Of a stretch of 64,000 nt of DNA, positions 49,700 through 63,733 are shown one piece after another (within the stretch, counting starts at the first letter, position 1; each line of letters starts with the position of its first letter). The stretch comes from Octopus vulgaris (lineage: Eukaryota). The translations under genes and the position numbers were made by a program. The notes beneath the pieces were generated by a model that saw only the letters and a program-made list of their open reading frames with translations, ran no database searches and was not told the DNA's origin. The stretch is taken from positions 92,132,001-92,196,000 of the forward strand of contig OX597824.1 of assembly GCA_951406725.2 (NCBI GenBank). Reading direction: 5' to 3'.

Positions 49700-50972
49700 A
49701 TTTCTTTTAAAACATTTTATTACATTTAAATTTCTATCTTACAATCATTGTTTATGCACATCTTAAACAGGCAATGTTTAATCTCTCAGATGCTCAAAAT
49801 ATCCTCCTTCAACATTGCAACATTCTTCAAACCTCTTGTGAACACTCTGACACACAGTGCAGCAAAAATTCAAATCTCCATCAATTTCAGTGAATGCGTC
49901 AGAAATGTACTCTTTTAATTCATTTACTTTTGGGGAGATTCTTCTCATAAACCTTGTTCTTTGCAACGCCCCACAAAAATAAATCCATTGTTGTCAGGTC
50001 AGGTGAACTTGGTGGACATTGGATGATACTCCATCTTCCAAACCAACGCTGTGGAAAGGCTTGGTTAAAGTAGTCTCTTACTGTGAAGGCATAATGTGAA
50101 GTTCCTCTATCTTGCTGAAAGAACAGATCATTAATATTAGCTTTGGTTCTGAGTTGTGGTACTAGCACCTCACGAAGCATTTACAGTTCTATCAAAGAAA
50201 ACGGGTCCGAACACCTTCGACTGAGAACTCCAAACTGTAACGCTAGGCTGGTTCAGTTGAGATCCTATGGTGAAAAGGGGATTTTCATCAGCGCAGAAAC
50301 ACCCAGTTATACCTGTTTACATCACCGGATAATTTAAAGCAAGCCTCATCTGACCACATCTGGTTAAGATCATCTGCAATTTGCTCACGCGTCATTTCGC
50401 AGAATTGCAGCCGGCGCTCTGGGTCACCCTCCAAAATACCATGCACCAGTCATGGACGAAAGGTTTTGAAATTATATTCTTGGAATAGATAGATCTAGAG
50501 AAACATGTCGTTTGGAATTCTTTGGACTGTTCACAAATGTCATAGCCACTAAGATCTCCTTTTTTAAGTCACAGAAGTCTCAGAGCATCCAGATGGTACA
50601 TTACTCACTGAACTTGTCGTATCAAATTTATTTCTTATCCGATGAATTGTTTCGCGTGAAGGTGGAAGAGTGTGAAAAGGTTATTTGCCATGCTGTTCTC
50701 ACCTGGTCGGCATTTTTAGACTTCTAATACTGCTTTGGTATCCATTTTCCTTGCTCCTCTTCATTTTAATTGTTTTCCATATTTTACACTTTACAGTACC
50801 TGTACAAAAAAAGAAGAAAAGAAAACAATTACAAACTGAAAAGTGACAAAATTAACTAAATTAGCATAGAATAATGGTTTCATATTTTTTTATGATTAAG
50901 GTCTAAACTGTTAATATATGAATGCAAAAGAGGTAGTTGAATAACTGTAAACCTCTTTTGGGCCACCCTGTA
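49700..50972 (-). mobile_element. Decayed Tc1/mariner DNA transposon, DD41D (rosa/Visitor-type)
   Basis: Minus-strand motifs MWSDEACFKLSGDVNRYN, FFQQD-(41 aa)-D ending PPSSPDLTTMDLFLWG..KNKVY, C-terminus LKEYISDAF..RFEECCNVEGGYFEHL; 5' terminus TA-CAGGGTGGCCCAAAAG at 50972; stops and frameshifts present. Confidence 0.88.
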
Positions 50973-50973
50973 T

Positions 50974-51045
<72 letters not shown>

Positions 51046-51059
51046 CATGTTTGGATTAA

Positions 51060-51132
<73 letters not shown>

Positions 51133-51140
51133 TGTGTGTT

Positions 51141-51455
51141 TGTGAAGGTGCATGGCTCAGTGGTTAGAGCGTCGAGCTTACGATCGTGAGTTTGTGAGTT
51201 CGAATCCCGGACCGGGCTGTGTGCTGTGTTTTTGAGCAAGACACTTCATTTCACGTTGCTCCAGTTCACTCAGCTTTAGAAATAAGTTGCCCCTTTGCCT
51301 TTCCCTTGAATGACATCGATGGCGTGGAGAGAGGAGGCCGGTATGTATGGGCGACTGCTGGTCTGCCATAAGCACCATTGCCCGGACTTGTGCCTGGGAG
51401 GGTAACTTTCTAGGTGTAATCCCATGGTCAGTGTCGTGACCGAAGGGGGTCTCAG
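51141..51455 (+). mobile_element. SINE family C head joined to a Ceph-domain/RTE-5'UTR-like segment
   Basis: tRNA head (TGGCTCAGTGG, GAGTTCGAATCCC), then ggagagaggaggccggtatgtatgggcgactgctggtc..ttgcccggacttgtgcct..aactttctaggtgtaatcccatggtc; the same segment occurs at 20078-20170 (minus). Confidence 0.75.
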
Positions 51456-52769
51456 CGCATATATATATATATATACACATCTCATGTGACGTTCACACTC
51501 ACTCGCTCTCAGTGTAGGGTTACAAAACAGTTGTGCCGTTGTCTTCTTCTTAGGGGGTTTGGAACTTATACAAATATATAAAGGGAAATATAATGAACAT
51601 GTGTCTTCTGAATAAATTCGGTAGCCCGACACTAGTATTACGGGAAATACTGTCATCACTGGACATGAAATTCAAACAATATGCATCCATAACAGCCGGG
51701 TAATAATATTAGTAGTATTTAGCCGTATTTATACATAGAGGCTTTGCACATATGTATTTATGTTTATGGAAAAGAAACAGACAGTCAGTGACACATGAAG
51801 AGAGAGTACAGAAGACATTGCGAAAAATATATCTCGATGTTTTTTCTCGATTTATTCTGTAGAGAGACAAACCTGAAAATATAAAGCAACGAATGAAAGT
51901 TGTGTAATTTCGATATGCTTTAGTCGATATGCGCACCAACGCGGCTGTAACTGATGTTAAGCTTCAGAGACGACATCAAAGAATATGTAAGCAGTTCATT
52001 ATGTTACAAACTAAATTTTGGTACCTTTGAAAAAAGTTTTGCCAAAGAGTAATTCATTTGTTTAGTTTTGAGGGGGTTTAAGTTCGTTTATTCAACTTCG
52101 TCACACACTCTCACTTTCTCTCTCTTTCACTCTGTCTCTCCTCCACGTCTCTCTAACACACTGTCACTCCCTCTCTCTCTCTCTCTCTCGAACGTGTCAT
52201 AATGCTACCACTTTCTCGTTAATTGCGTTGGGTGATACGTTGTCGAATCCGACTTGGGTCACTCGATAACATATACTCAGTAAAATAATTAGTCGATGCT
52301 GCCGTTGCCTTCTTCTTCTTCTTCTTCTTCCAATCAGGACTCACTCTCCATTAGCCACAAAGAATAATCTCTGAAGCTTCCGGTTTCTACAATTCATATA
52401 TTAGAATAAAATTGTTAGATTTTGTTATGTCGCACGTTCGGATGCCTTCTACTCAACCCAACTCTTCTCTCAACTCCTGACGTCTAGACTTCTCCCTCTA
52501 TATCTACGTATTGGGCTAGCCTAATTCATCGTCTGGGGGCGTCCACACAACAGATTTGTACGTTGCTTTTTTCCTGGTTGTCAGAAAATGCCACCAGGCT
52601 ACGGTTTATATTCAATATCATACTTGTATTTGATGTTTAGTTGCTGCTTTTGTTGTAATCTTCACTATTTCCTTGTTTTTGTTTTTGGCCTTCCTAATGC
52701 TTTTGCTTCCATTGGTATTAGTATAGAAGTTTCTACTTCTACACTTTCTATTAGAAATTATTCTTATCT

Positions 52770-53150
52770 GTGGAGGCGCAATGGCCCAGTGGTTAGGGCA
52801 GCGGACTCGCGGTCTTAGATCGCAGTTTCGATTCCCAGACCGGGCGTTGTGAGTGTTTATTGAGCGAAAACACCTAAAGCTCCACGAGGCTTCGGCAGGA
52901 ATGGTGGTGATCCCTGCTGTACTCTTTCACCACAACTTTCTCTCGCTCTTACTTCCTGTTTCTGTTGTACCTGTATTTCAAAGGGCCGGCCTTGTCACTC
53001 TCTATGTCACGCTGAATATCCCCGAGAACTACGTTAAGGGTACACGTGTCTGTGGAGTGCTCAGCCACTTATACGTTAATTTCACGAGCAGGCTGTTCCG
53101 TTGATTCGGATCAACCGGAACCCTTGTCGTCGCAACCGACGGAGTGCTTC
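52770..53150 (+). mobile_element. SINE family C, full length
   Basis: gtggaggcgcaatggcccagtggttagggcagcggactcgcgg..; colinear with the 46497 and 35411 copies. Confidence 0.9.
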
Positions 53151-55544
53151 CATTCCCATAGTCTTATCTCCATAGAACGAAGTCAGTTTAGCACAACTGG
53201 TCAATGGCTTCAATGAGGCTGAAGCCAGTAATTGCTGTGACAATAACAGGATTGTCACGAAATCTAAATTTGTTGGAAACATCTTGTCTCTTACCTTCAT
53301 CTGGTTTTACTCCCTCGTGTAAATCAACAGTCAACACTATGATGACACTCTTGTCATCTATCCGTGTTTCTCTTTACTAGAAGATGCGGTATTTGATACT
53401 AATGCACTTATACTTCAAACCTGTCTACACTAAACTGAACACGATGGCGACATAACGATAATAACTTTGTATGTTTCCGGATGACTGTCCGAAATAAACA
53501 CCTCTCTATTATAAGTTAAAAGTATAACAATATAAAGAGACAGAAAGTCGTATGAAACTAACTGTCTATTAAGACACCACAGCGATGAATTATGTACGAA
53601 TAACTATGTTTAGTACGAATTCCGGATTGAAAATATACGTGAAATATTACATTCAGCAACGAAAAGTTTTATAGAAAATGACTATAGAATGATCCAATGT
53701 AATATATCTATGCACACTGCATTTATTACCAGATTATAATATCAGATAGTATTATAATAGCGAAAAAATATATAGTTATGCAGGATAACAGATTAGAGAT
53801 CACAAATCAGAGATCAGAGGTCATTTAAGAGGGGTCACAGTTCAGAGATCACAGAACGCGAATCATTGATCATAGATGAAATATTATATATATTATAGAT
53901 TTTTCTATAGAGAGTGATAGCATAGTTGAAGTTAAAGAAGCAGAATAAGTGTTTAAAATTGGTCTCAGAGAAATGAGAAATCTTGGACATGCGAATAAAT
54001 GTTTTTTTTCCTCTCTCTGTATTGGTAATAGAACTGCATCAAAACAGATACTTAGGCATCTAGGAAACATTGACACAAAGCGATATACCCGTGGGAACTT
54101 GCCCTTCACTGAATCTCAAATGATGGCCCTAATGATTTGAGCAGCAGATTTTATTATTATTAATTTTTTATTATTGATTGATTGATTGATTCTTGTTTCA
54201 GCTCATGAGCTGTGGCCATGCTGGGGCACCGCCATTATTATTATTATTATTATTAATATTATTATAATAATAATGATGATGATAATAATAATAATAATAA
54301 TAATGATGATGGTGATGATAATAATAATACTAATAATAATATTAATGATAATGATAATGATAATAATCTTTCTCCCCCTCAGTCTATCTCTACTTCTCTC
54401 TCCTTCTCTTCCCCTCCCTCTCTTTCTCTCCCCCGCTCTCCCTCTCTCTCGCACATACGCAATTTCTCTCTCACGTAATTGCTCACTCTCTTTGCATTGC
54501 CCTAATACATACACACGCTCATTTCTTCTCCCTCCTCACATGTATCTTTTTCTCTCTCCCTCTCTCTTTCGCATATGCATACATTGTCTTTCTCTCACAT
54601 GTATGCACGTTCTCCCAGCCTCTCCCTCTTTTTTCTCGCACGTATAAACTCTCTTTGTCCCTCCCTCTCTCTCTCTCATACACACACACTCTCCCTCCCT
54701 CTTTCCTACAATATTTCATGATCTTTTTATGACATATGCTTCTTCCTGACAACAGACTTCCTTTGTTTCCGATTCACTATAGTTTTACATAAGGTTATGT
54801 CTCCAACTTCGGTCTCATACTAGAAGGCTGTGCTCCAGCATGGTCTTGACATTGATGGCAACTAAAACAAACATACAGAACTAAAAAAAAATACTATAAT
54901 AAACATGATATCAATCATTTTCAAAATTATGAAAAAAATGTAGCATTTGTTTATCTTTGTTGTATTCAAAATTCACATATCATATAAGTTGAAAAAAAAA
55001 ATAATTTTTACAAATTCAAAATTTTATTTATTTATAAATTCATTTATGTATTTTCATTTCATTATTCCTTTCAAGTGAATAAACACGTGAGTTACTAGAA
55101 GAAGGAAAATTATCTATTGAATTAGTCTCATAAATTCATGTATCTATTTATTTTTCGCTTCTTAATATTCTATGAAAGCTTATATGTGAGTTTTGTTAGA
55201 AAAATTTTGAGTCATGGAATAGCATGAGGATTACAGTGAACAGCAAAGATAGAGGATTAAAACTTGTTCTTATCTTCAGTTCTTTGCAGGCTGAATGCAA
55301 ACATTGGAGTCTGGATCTATATTTATTACAAGAGAAATCTGTTTCTATATTGGTAAGAAATATATGCTTAATGGTCAATGTATTACGAAAGCAGAGGCAG
55401 TAAATATTTTTTATTAAACACTAGTAGCTCTGGCTTATATAAACGCGTGAAAAATTCGTGCATTTTCACCTCAAAGTATTAACTAAATAAATATTTACAT
55501 TCATATACATACATGCGTTTATATATTCATGCAAGTATATGTAA

Positions 55545-55800
55545 TAATATATTTAACATTGTCCCGAGGGAGATCAAAGAGGAAAAGGATCCCATCAACT
55601 TTAAACGGAGTCTGGATAGATTCCTTCAAAGAATATCAGATAAGCCACCCATAATTGGATACAACTCACCCAACAAGAACTCACTACTTGAACAAAACTT
55701 GACTTAAACAGGATTCGAATAATCCTATCAGGTGGTGCTATTAAGTTAGACATGGCCTGGACCAATCTTTGGTCGAAACATATCTAAGTTATCTAAGTTA
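55545..55800 (+). mobile_element. LINE 3' end (CR1/L2-like ORF2 C-terminus, 3' UTR, ATCTAAGTT tail)
   Basis: IFNIVPREIKEEKDPINFKRSLDRFLQRISDKPPIIGYNSPNKNSLL; terminal stem-loop GACCA-atctt-TGGTC; tandem tail atctaagttatctaagtt. Confidence 0.78.
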
Positions 55801-56162
55801 TAATCGATATGATAAATAAGAATGGATGTTGTTTTCACAGCGATAATGCTCTTCTCAGTACATGAGTCGTTCCAGTAAACACGACATTTTGCACTTCCTG
55901 TAGAGATGGTAAGCCTGGTATCATTTTCAAATAGGTTTCAGTAAATTTTTTATCATTCCTAGACATCCTACAATCACTGGTACTCTAGTCGCCTTGAGAT
56001 GCCAGATTTTTTTTTTCAATTTCTATTAGCAAGTCTTTATATTTACTGATCTTGTAAATTTCTTTCACCGCTATATTGTGATCGCAAGGAATACTCATGG
56101 TAATTAATAAATACACATTTTTTCCCTGATCTTTCATAATAATATCCGGTTTATTAGCTTAC

Positions 56163-56226
<64 letters not shown>

Positions 56227-56720
56227 GCATTTTGTTTATCTTCTTTAACGGTTTTTATACTATAAAAACCAACAACGCTGTGGTGTTTGTCTACAGATAG
56301 CATCTCCTACAATGGTAGATTGCACTGAAGTATATCAGTACTAGACGTAAAATGCAGAGCAGCTGCTGAAGATTGGCTAAATCTACTTGTCTGCTTCCTT
56401 GGGCGCCGTCATTTGCCAGTATTCACTCTCAAACGCAGGCTGACAAAATTTTGCTTGTACAGATATAAGAAAGAACAGAAATAATTAACAAATCCGTGTT
56501 GTAAATAGTCGGCAGGTTTGGCTAAAATTTCGTTATTGGCAACGGAAGCAATTGCGTACATTTCGTCTGCTACTCATGCAACAGTGTATTTTTTTGCGCA
56601 ACACATCTTTATGAGATTCTGTCTCGAGACAAATACCGCAGTTTCGCGGTTTTCTCCTAATAATCATTGTTAGGTAAGATATAAAGAATGCTCATATGGA
56701 CTAGCATAATTTCCGTCATC

Positions 56721-56755
<35 letters not shown>

Positions 56756-56797
56756 TAATAATGATAATATATTATTATTATTATTATTATTATTATA

Positions 56798-56886
<89 letters not shown>

Positions 56887-57149
56887 GAGCTGAGAAAATG
56901 GTTAGCGGCATTTCGTCCGTCTTTAGGTTCTGCAGTCACATTCCGCCGATGTCAACTTTGCTTATCATTCTTTGAGGCAAAGCAAGCTCTTCATCTATCA
57001 CAGCTCTGCCTACGTGAATAACCATCTTAATTATATCACCAACAGTTTCTTTTCCGATGATGGTTTGCAGTTATTTTGTTACGTGCTTTGCTTTGACCAC
57101 TGGTGAGCATAAAAAGAGGAGTAGGTGAGGCTAAAGTTTTCTACTATAC

Positions 57150-57557
57150 ACTTTTACTCTTTTACCTGGTTCAGGCATTTGACTGCGGCTATGCTGGAGC
57201 ACCGCCTTTAGTCTAGCAAATCGACACCAGGACTTATTCTTTTGTAAGCCTCGTACTTATTCTATCGGTCTCATTTGCTGAACTGCTAAGCTACGGGGAC
57301 GTAAACACGCCAGCATCGGTTGTCAAGCGATGTTGGGGGCACAAACACAGACACACAAACATATACACACACATACATATATATATATACACATATATAC
57401 GATGGGATTCTTTCAGTTTCCGTCTACCAAATCCACTCACAAAGCTTTGGTCGGCCCGAGGCTATAGTAGAAGACACTTGCACAAGGTGCCATCCAGTGG
57501 GACTGAACCCGGAACCATGTGGTTCGTTAGCAAGCTACTTACTACACAGCCACTCCT
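57150..57557 (-). mobile_element. SINE family A, full length
   Basis: Colinear with the family A copies. Confidence 0.9.
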
Positions 57558-58044
57558 AAACATACATTGAAATATGATGTTTACCTTTAATTATTTGATA
57601 GCCCCGGGACATCCCTGATTGAGCTGTAGTGGGATGAAAATAATATGAAGCGCGAAAATCCCGTCTTTTCAAAACATAGTTTTTCTATGAGTAAATTATA
57701 TATTGGTGATATTTAAGACATCAGGATAGAGTTTCATAGAAATTTGCTTGCTATTTCTCGAACCTCAATCATTCTCAGAGTAAAACATTTGATATTTTAT
57801 CTTCGACTTGCGATTCTTATAATAACTCGTTGCGAATCTCCTCTCTTCTGAGAAGTAGACAAACACCTTCAGTTTCCGCTCCAAATTCTGACAATCAAAA
57901 GTCGCTTTCTACTTCGTTGTAACCGATTTTGTTCAGTTCTTTCGGGAATTATGCAAATACCTTGTGAATTGTCATCTTACATTAATTGTATTGCCTATAT
58001 TTGTTTCACATATTTCTGTCTTTACTATACTATTATTATTATTA

Positions 58045-58091
<47 letters not shown>

Positions 58092-58209
58092 GCAGTATAT
58101 ATCTATATATGTATATATATATATATATGTATGTATGTATGTATATATATGTATATATCTATGTGTGTATATATATGTGTATATATATATATGTATATGT
58201 ATATATGTA

Positions 58210-58376
<167 letters not shown>

Positions 58377-58872
58377 ATTTACTTGCTGAACTGTATGAAT
58401 GTTTAATACTGCTTGCCTTTGAGATAGAGATCAAGAAGTTGTACCTAGAATAGCTATTTTTGATAAGTAGAAAATAGATGACCTGTACTCCAGTCACCAA
58501 TGGAACATCAACTGTTGTCGTTCGCTTGTTTAACATTTGCTTGCAAAATTTAACCCTGGTTTTTGCAATCAGCGAATGTTCTGTTAATATACATGAGTTT
58601 AGAGATATTTTATATTTCCACTGGATTTCTTTTTCTGTTCTTAGTAGATATATATAGTAGTCGTCACAGCTGTGTATTAAGAAAGGTCGTATTGAAATCA
58701 CAATTTCGGGTTCAGTTCTATGTACAGTACCTTTGGCAAGTGTCTTGTTCTATTGCATTAGAAGGATCTGTGCTCTGCCTATATATATACATATATATAC
58801 TGAATCCAAACATATATATCCAGATATATATCTAACGGATATATATTTTCACAAAAACACAAACTCACACAA

Positions 58873-58931
<59 letters not shown>

Positions 58932-59545
58932 ATTCTTTTACCCTTTTACATATTTCACCCACTTGACTGCGGTCATGCTGGAGCACCGCATTAAGTGTCT
59001 TCGTCTAAGAAATCGATCCCAGCACTTAGAATTTCTAAGATTAGTATTTATTCTACGTAAGTTTCATAAAGGTCTTCGTGATTGACTGAAGAAATTATAG
59101 ATGGTCTTGCTATCATGTGACATTCGGCCATGTTCGAAAGTTTGTTGTAGTATTATGAACCCAACTTCTGATGCGTGTTCTACTACTATGAACCCAGCTT
59201 CATCCAGCAAAGGGCCAAGTAATGCTTTAAAGCCTACGCATTAGATTCCTTCTCCAGCTACAGCGAATTCTCTTGAGCGATTTCTAGTTTACGTATCTAG
59301 CTTTAAGTAGCTTGCGATTTTCAGTTTATTACAGATGGAGAAGTCGCCGTTGTGGCACTGAACGATCAGTCCATATTACCTTTGACTTATGTTATTTCTT
59401 TGGAATAATCTTAGTTCTTCGGATGGATTATTTCCAGGTTATATTTTCTATTCCTAAATGTTGTAAATGCACACATTTATAGATGTCAATAATCACCACT
59501 TACTAATAATTACGGTTGATTTAATAATCTGTATTTTTCGACTTT

Positions 59546-59795
59546 GTGGAGGCGCGTGGCTTAGTGATTAGGGTGTCAGCATCATGATCGTAAGATTGTA
59601 GCTTCGATTCCTGGTCCCGGCGACGCGTTGTGTTCTTGAGCAAAACACTTCATTTCACGTTCCTCCAGTCTACTCAGCTGGCAAAAATGAGTAACGCTGC
59701 GATGTACTGGCGTCCCGTCCAGCTGGGGAGCACATACTCCATAGAAGCCGCGAAACGGGGCCCATGATCCTGGCTAGGCTTTAAAAAGGCGCATT
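59546..59795 (+). mobile_element. SINE family C with RTE-like tail
   Basis: Head gtggaggcgcgtggcttagtg; tail ggggcccatgatcctggctaggctttaaaaaggcg. Confidence 0.85.
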
Positions 59796-60879
59796 TATTT
59801 TTATTCATTATTTTATGGCTTTGCCCTCTCTAGCATGATTTTGGAATACATTCTCTGTATTTTAGCTTTAATCACTTTAAGAATTACAAAGATTTTCCTG
59901 TTGTGTATGACTTAGCTTGTGATATAACATCGCCCTTATGCGTAAGAGTGATTTTCATTTCACCGACTACGAAATCACTTTCTTCAGAAGTTTCTGGTGT
60001 GTACAATATGGAAACAGATAAATAAAGCAAAAACAGTGTTTTAGAATCAAATAAAAACTCTGCTATTTTCTTTTTATGCAATTGTGTTCGTTTTTCGGGA
60101 GATTCCCTCGTGCATCGCTGTGTTTATTTCATTGTGTTTTCCCATCTGAGAATGCAGAATTTCTTTAAGCATACAAACACTGCAGATAAACTCATGAATC
60201 TAGGATTTCAATGATCTTGGGATATCCTTTTTTTATAATAACATATGCAAACATTCGTTCATTTTTATAATCTATTATGGCATAAAATAGCTCCTTCTAA
60301 TCTTAGAGATGTATTGCTTTACAAACTAACGATAGAGCGTTACAGTTATATCAACCGTTTTTAATGTAGTCGTTATATTCCAAAAGCCGTACACGCGTAA
60401 CTAGTTGATATATTTTCTTTTACGGAGTCAAAGGCTCTCTGACGGAGTTAATGCCTTGGGCTATAGAACTTAAAACGACTCTTTTCATTTTGAGCCATAT
60501 TCGCGTTGACCTTAACCTTGCCTTTCATTACTACGGAGTCGATAATATAAAGTGCCGCACAAGAAGGGAAGTCGATGTTATCTATTAACGTCTCATCTTG
60601 TTAACTACTGGTCTTGTGTCAAAATTGTGTCAAAATTGTAAAGAATATTTATAAAGGAGTATATATAAATGTACTATTATACTTAAGTGTACAATTTTAT
60701 TTCCATTTTCGCACCAGGATAAGGCGGGTGCGAACTGACAGAGTTGGACAAGCCGGACAAGGGACCCCTTCCGGAAACTTTCAGGTTTTGCGCCCATAGT
60801 ACAACGGATATTAGTTGGTATTACACTTTACTCTTTAAAGAATATCGCGTATACACGAATAAGATGAAGGAATTGTTTT

Positions 60880-61173
60880 TTTCGCCCTTTTCAAGCCTAA
60901 CCAGGATCATGGGCCCGGTTTCCCGGTTTCTGTGGCGTATGCCCTCCCCCCAGCTGAACGGGACGCCAGTTGATCGCAGCGTTACTCAAGAGAGAGTGAG
61001 AGAAAGTTGGGGCGAAAGAGTACAACAGGGGTCACCCCCCCTCCTGCCGGAGCCTCATGGAGCTTTAGGTGTTTTCGCTCAATAAACACACACAACGCCC
61101 GGTCTGGGAATAGAAACCGCGATCCTCCGACTGCGAGTCCGCTGCCCTAACCTCTGGGCCATTACGCCTCCAC
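60880..61173 (-). mobile_element. SINE family C with RTE-like tail
   Basis: Head as 52770, tail as 59760-59792. Confidence 0.85.
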
Positions 61174-61300
61174 AAGATAAAGGAATATTATACACTAATT
61201 ATATTAACACTTAAGTACCTACATGTGGAAAATTGTTTCATGTCTATAATCACTATTCTGTTAGAGTGATAAATGAAGTTGTAATATAGAATACTACGAA

Positions 61301-61469
61301 AGGCACAGGAGTGGTTGTGTGGTAAGTATCTTGCTTAGCAACCACGTGGTGTCAGGTTTAGTCTCACTGCGTGGCACCTTGGGCATTGTCTTCTACTATA
61401 GCCTCGGGCCGATCAAAGCCTTGTGAGTGGATTTGGTAGACGGAAACTGAAAGAACCCCGACGTATATG

Positions 61470-61560
<91 letters not shown>

Positions 61561-61746
61561 TTGTGTATGTATGTGTGTGTGTATGTCTGTGTGTCTATGT
61601 TTGTTCCCCCAATATTGCTTGACAATTATGTTGGTGTATTTACGTCACTGTAACTTAGCGGTTCGGCAAAATACCGATTCGCTCGACTAAAGGCGGTGCT
61701 CCAGTAAGGCCGCAATCAAATGACTGAAACAAGTAAAAGAGTAAAA
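61301..61746 (+). mobile_element. SINE family A with an internal deletion in the 3' half
   Basis: Head ggcacaggagtggttgtgtgg; tail gaaacaagtaaaagagtaaaa. Confidence 0.88.
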
Positions 61747-61960
61747 GGCGGGGTGATGACAGAATGGTTAGCACGCTGGACAAAATGCTTAGCGGCATTT
61801 CGTCCACTTTTACGTCCAGAATTCATACTCCGCCGAGGTTGAAATTTGCTTTAGAACCATTCGGAGTCGATGAAAGAAGTACCAGTTATACACTGGGATA
61901 AGGTGTAATATACTAATCCTCTCTCTTAACAACATTTTTGGCTTTGTGCTTATAACAGAG
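61746..61960 (+). mobile_element. SINE family B directly after a family A tail
   Basis: cagaatggttagcacgctggacaaaatgcttagcggcatttcgtcc..ccgccgaggttga..gtcgatgaaagaagtaccag. Confidence 0.75.
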
Positions 61961-63059
61961 ATGATTATCATTAAGGGAAACTTTAACTTTTGAGCCGCGT
62001 GGTTTTTTCGTAATGTAGGTAAATATTTTCTTCATTCCCTCATAAAATGTAAAGTTTGTCAATGCCACGTGATTTCGTTTCTCTTATAGTTTCCTTCATT
62101 GCCTCTATAACATTTCCTATACTGAACTGTCAAGTGTTTTGATAATGGAAGATTTCGTTATATCTTTGTTCCTGGCATATTTCAGTACGTTTGAATGTAT
62201 ATTTACGTTATTATTTCTACATTCAACATTTCTCCGAAAAAAGCCAAAAAATAAAATAAAATAATAAATGAATAAAAAAAAAAATTAAAATAAACAACAA
62301 AAACTTCTTTGTCTGGGGCAGTTTTCAATTCGATGATTTCATTGTTCAAATGCCTAAAGACTTTTATCTTTTATTTTGCAGAAATTTTTATATTAAGTTT
62401 TCGGCTTTCATCTATTGAATTTTTTTTTCTCTTCTTCGTGTTGTTGTTCGTCCTTAAATATCGGTAACATCGCGTGTTTTCCTCATCTGTTTGTGCTTTT
62501 ATTTTGAAATACACATATTTGGCTCTATTACTTTCTTTACAAGACAGTTTCATTTGTAAGTTTTCTCGGTTTTTTCAAGGACATCGCATTCATTTTAGTT
62601 ATTTTGAACATTTATTAACTCCATTTATACTACTGGCAGCCAATGGGAGCCAAAACTAAGGCGACTGTGATATAACACATACAGTCTAGTAATGTCCTCT
62701 CTGGTACAGACAAAACCCCTGTATTGTTTGATCTTGTTTGTACTTCTTTGTTTGGATTCAGTATATATATATATATATATAATTATTATTTGAGGGAATA
62801 AAATCAAAACTTAATTTTCTAGATGGTGTAATTTAATTGTTCATTTTGAATTGATAATAGGTGTTTTTTTTCTAATTTTATATATATATATATGTACAAC
62901 AGACTAATAGTTTCCCCCTACCAAATTCATTTACACAGAGCATAGGAACGTCTGATGCAATAGAACAAGACACTTGCCCAAGGTGCTGTGCATGGAACTG
63001 AACCTAAATTCGTGTTTAAAAGATGACCTTTTTAAATACGCAGCTGTCACTACCACTAC

Positions 63060-63215
63060 ATCGACCCCTGGGCCTAAGTGGTTCTTATTGTACTCACTCC
63101 AAAAGATTGCAAAGTCAAGTTGACCTCGGCGGTATTTGAACTCAGCGTAAAACCGGAAGAAATGCTGCGAAGCATGTTGTCCGGCGTTCTAACGATTCGG
63201 CTCGGCCAGCTCATC
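63060..63215 (-). mobile_element. SINE family B, degenerate
   Basis: caagttgacctcggcggtatttgaactcag..gtccggcgttctaacgattc. Confidence 0.7.
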
Positions 63216-63524
63216 CAAGTTCTCTCAAGGCATTCATCGCAGACCTTTCCATAATGAAGAAAGAAAAAGAGGGATAGCCCCTGATAGAAAGGTTTTACTG
63301 TACAGCTACATGGTCAGAGTTGACCATGTGTTAAACATCAACATAATATCGCTTATTTCAGCTGCAGAATTACGACGTAACCCTTCTCTGGACTTCTGGA
63401 CCAATCATCATCGTGTTTAAAAGAAATAAAAAGACAGATTTCGTAAGGCAGCCTTAGATAAACCGAGACAAATAGATGAGTGAAATTGTCATGGAAGGAA
63501 TGGTTTTCATAATAAACCTACTAA

Positions 63525-63733
63525 AAGGCAAAATCGTTAGCACACCAGGCGAAATGCTTATCGGTATTTCGTCTGCCGCTAGGTTCTGAGGTCAAATTCC
63601 GCCGAGGTCGACTTTGCGTTTCATCTTTTTGAGGAGTCGATAAATTAAGTACCAGTAAAACACTGGGGTCAATGTAATCGACTAGTCCCCTCCGCATAAA
63701 TCTGAGGCTTTGTAACTCCGGTAGAAAGGATTA
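63525..63733 (+). mobile_element. SINE family B
   Basis: ttccgccgaggtcgactttgcgtttcatc..gtcgataaattaagtaccag..ctggggtcaatgtaatcgact. Confidence 0.8.

Noticed and set aside
55415-55475. actag plus a weak hairpin as a Helitron 3' end
   Set aside because: Hairpin pairing is poor, and there is no matching 5' TC end or second copy.
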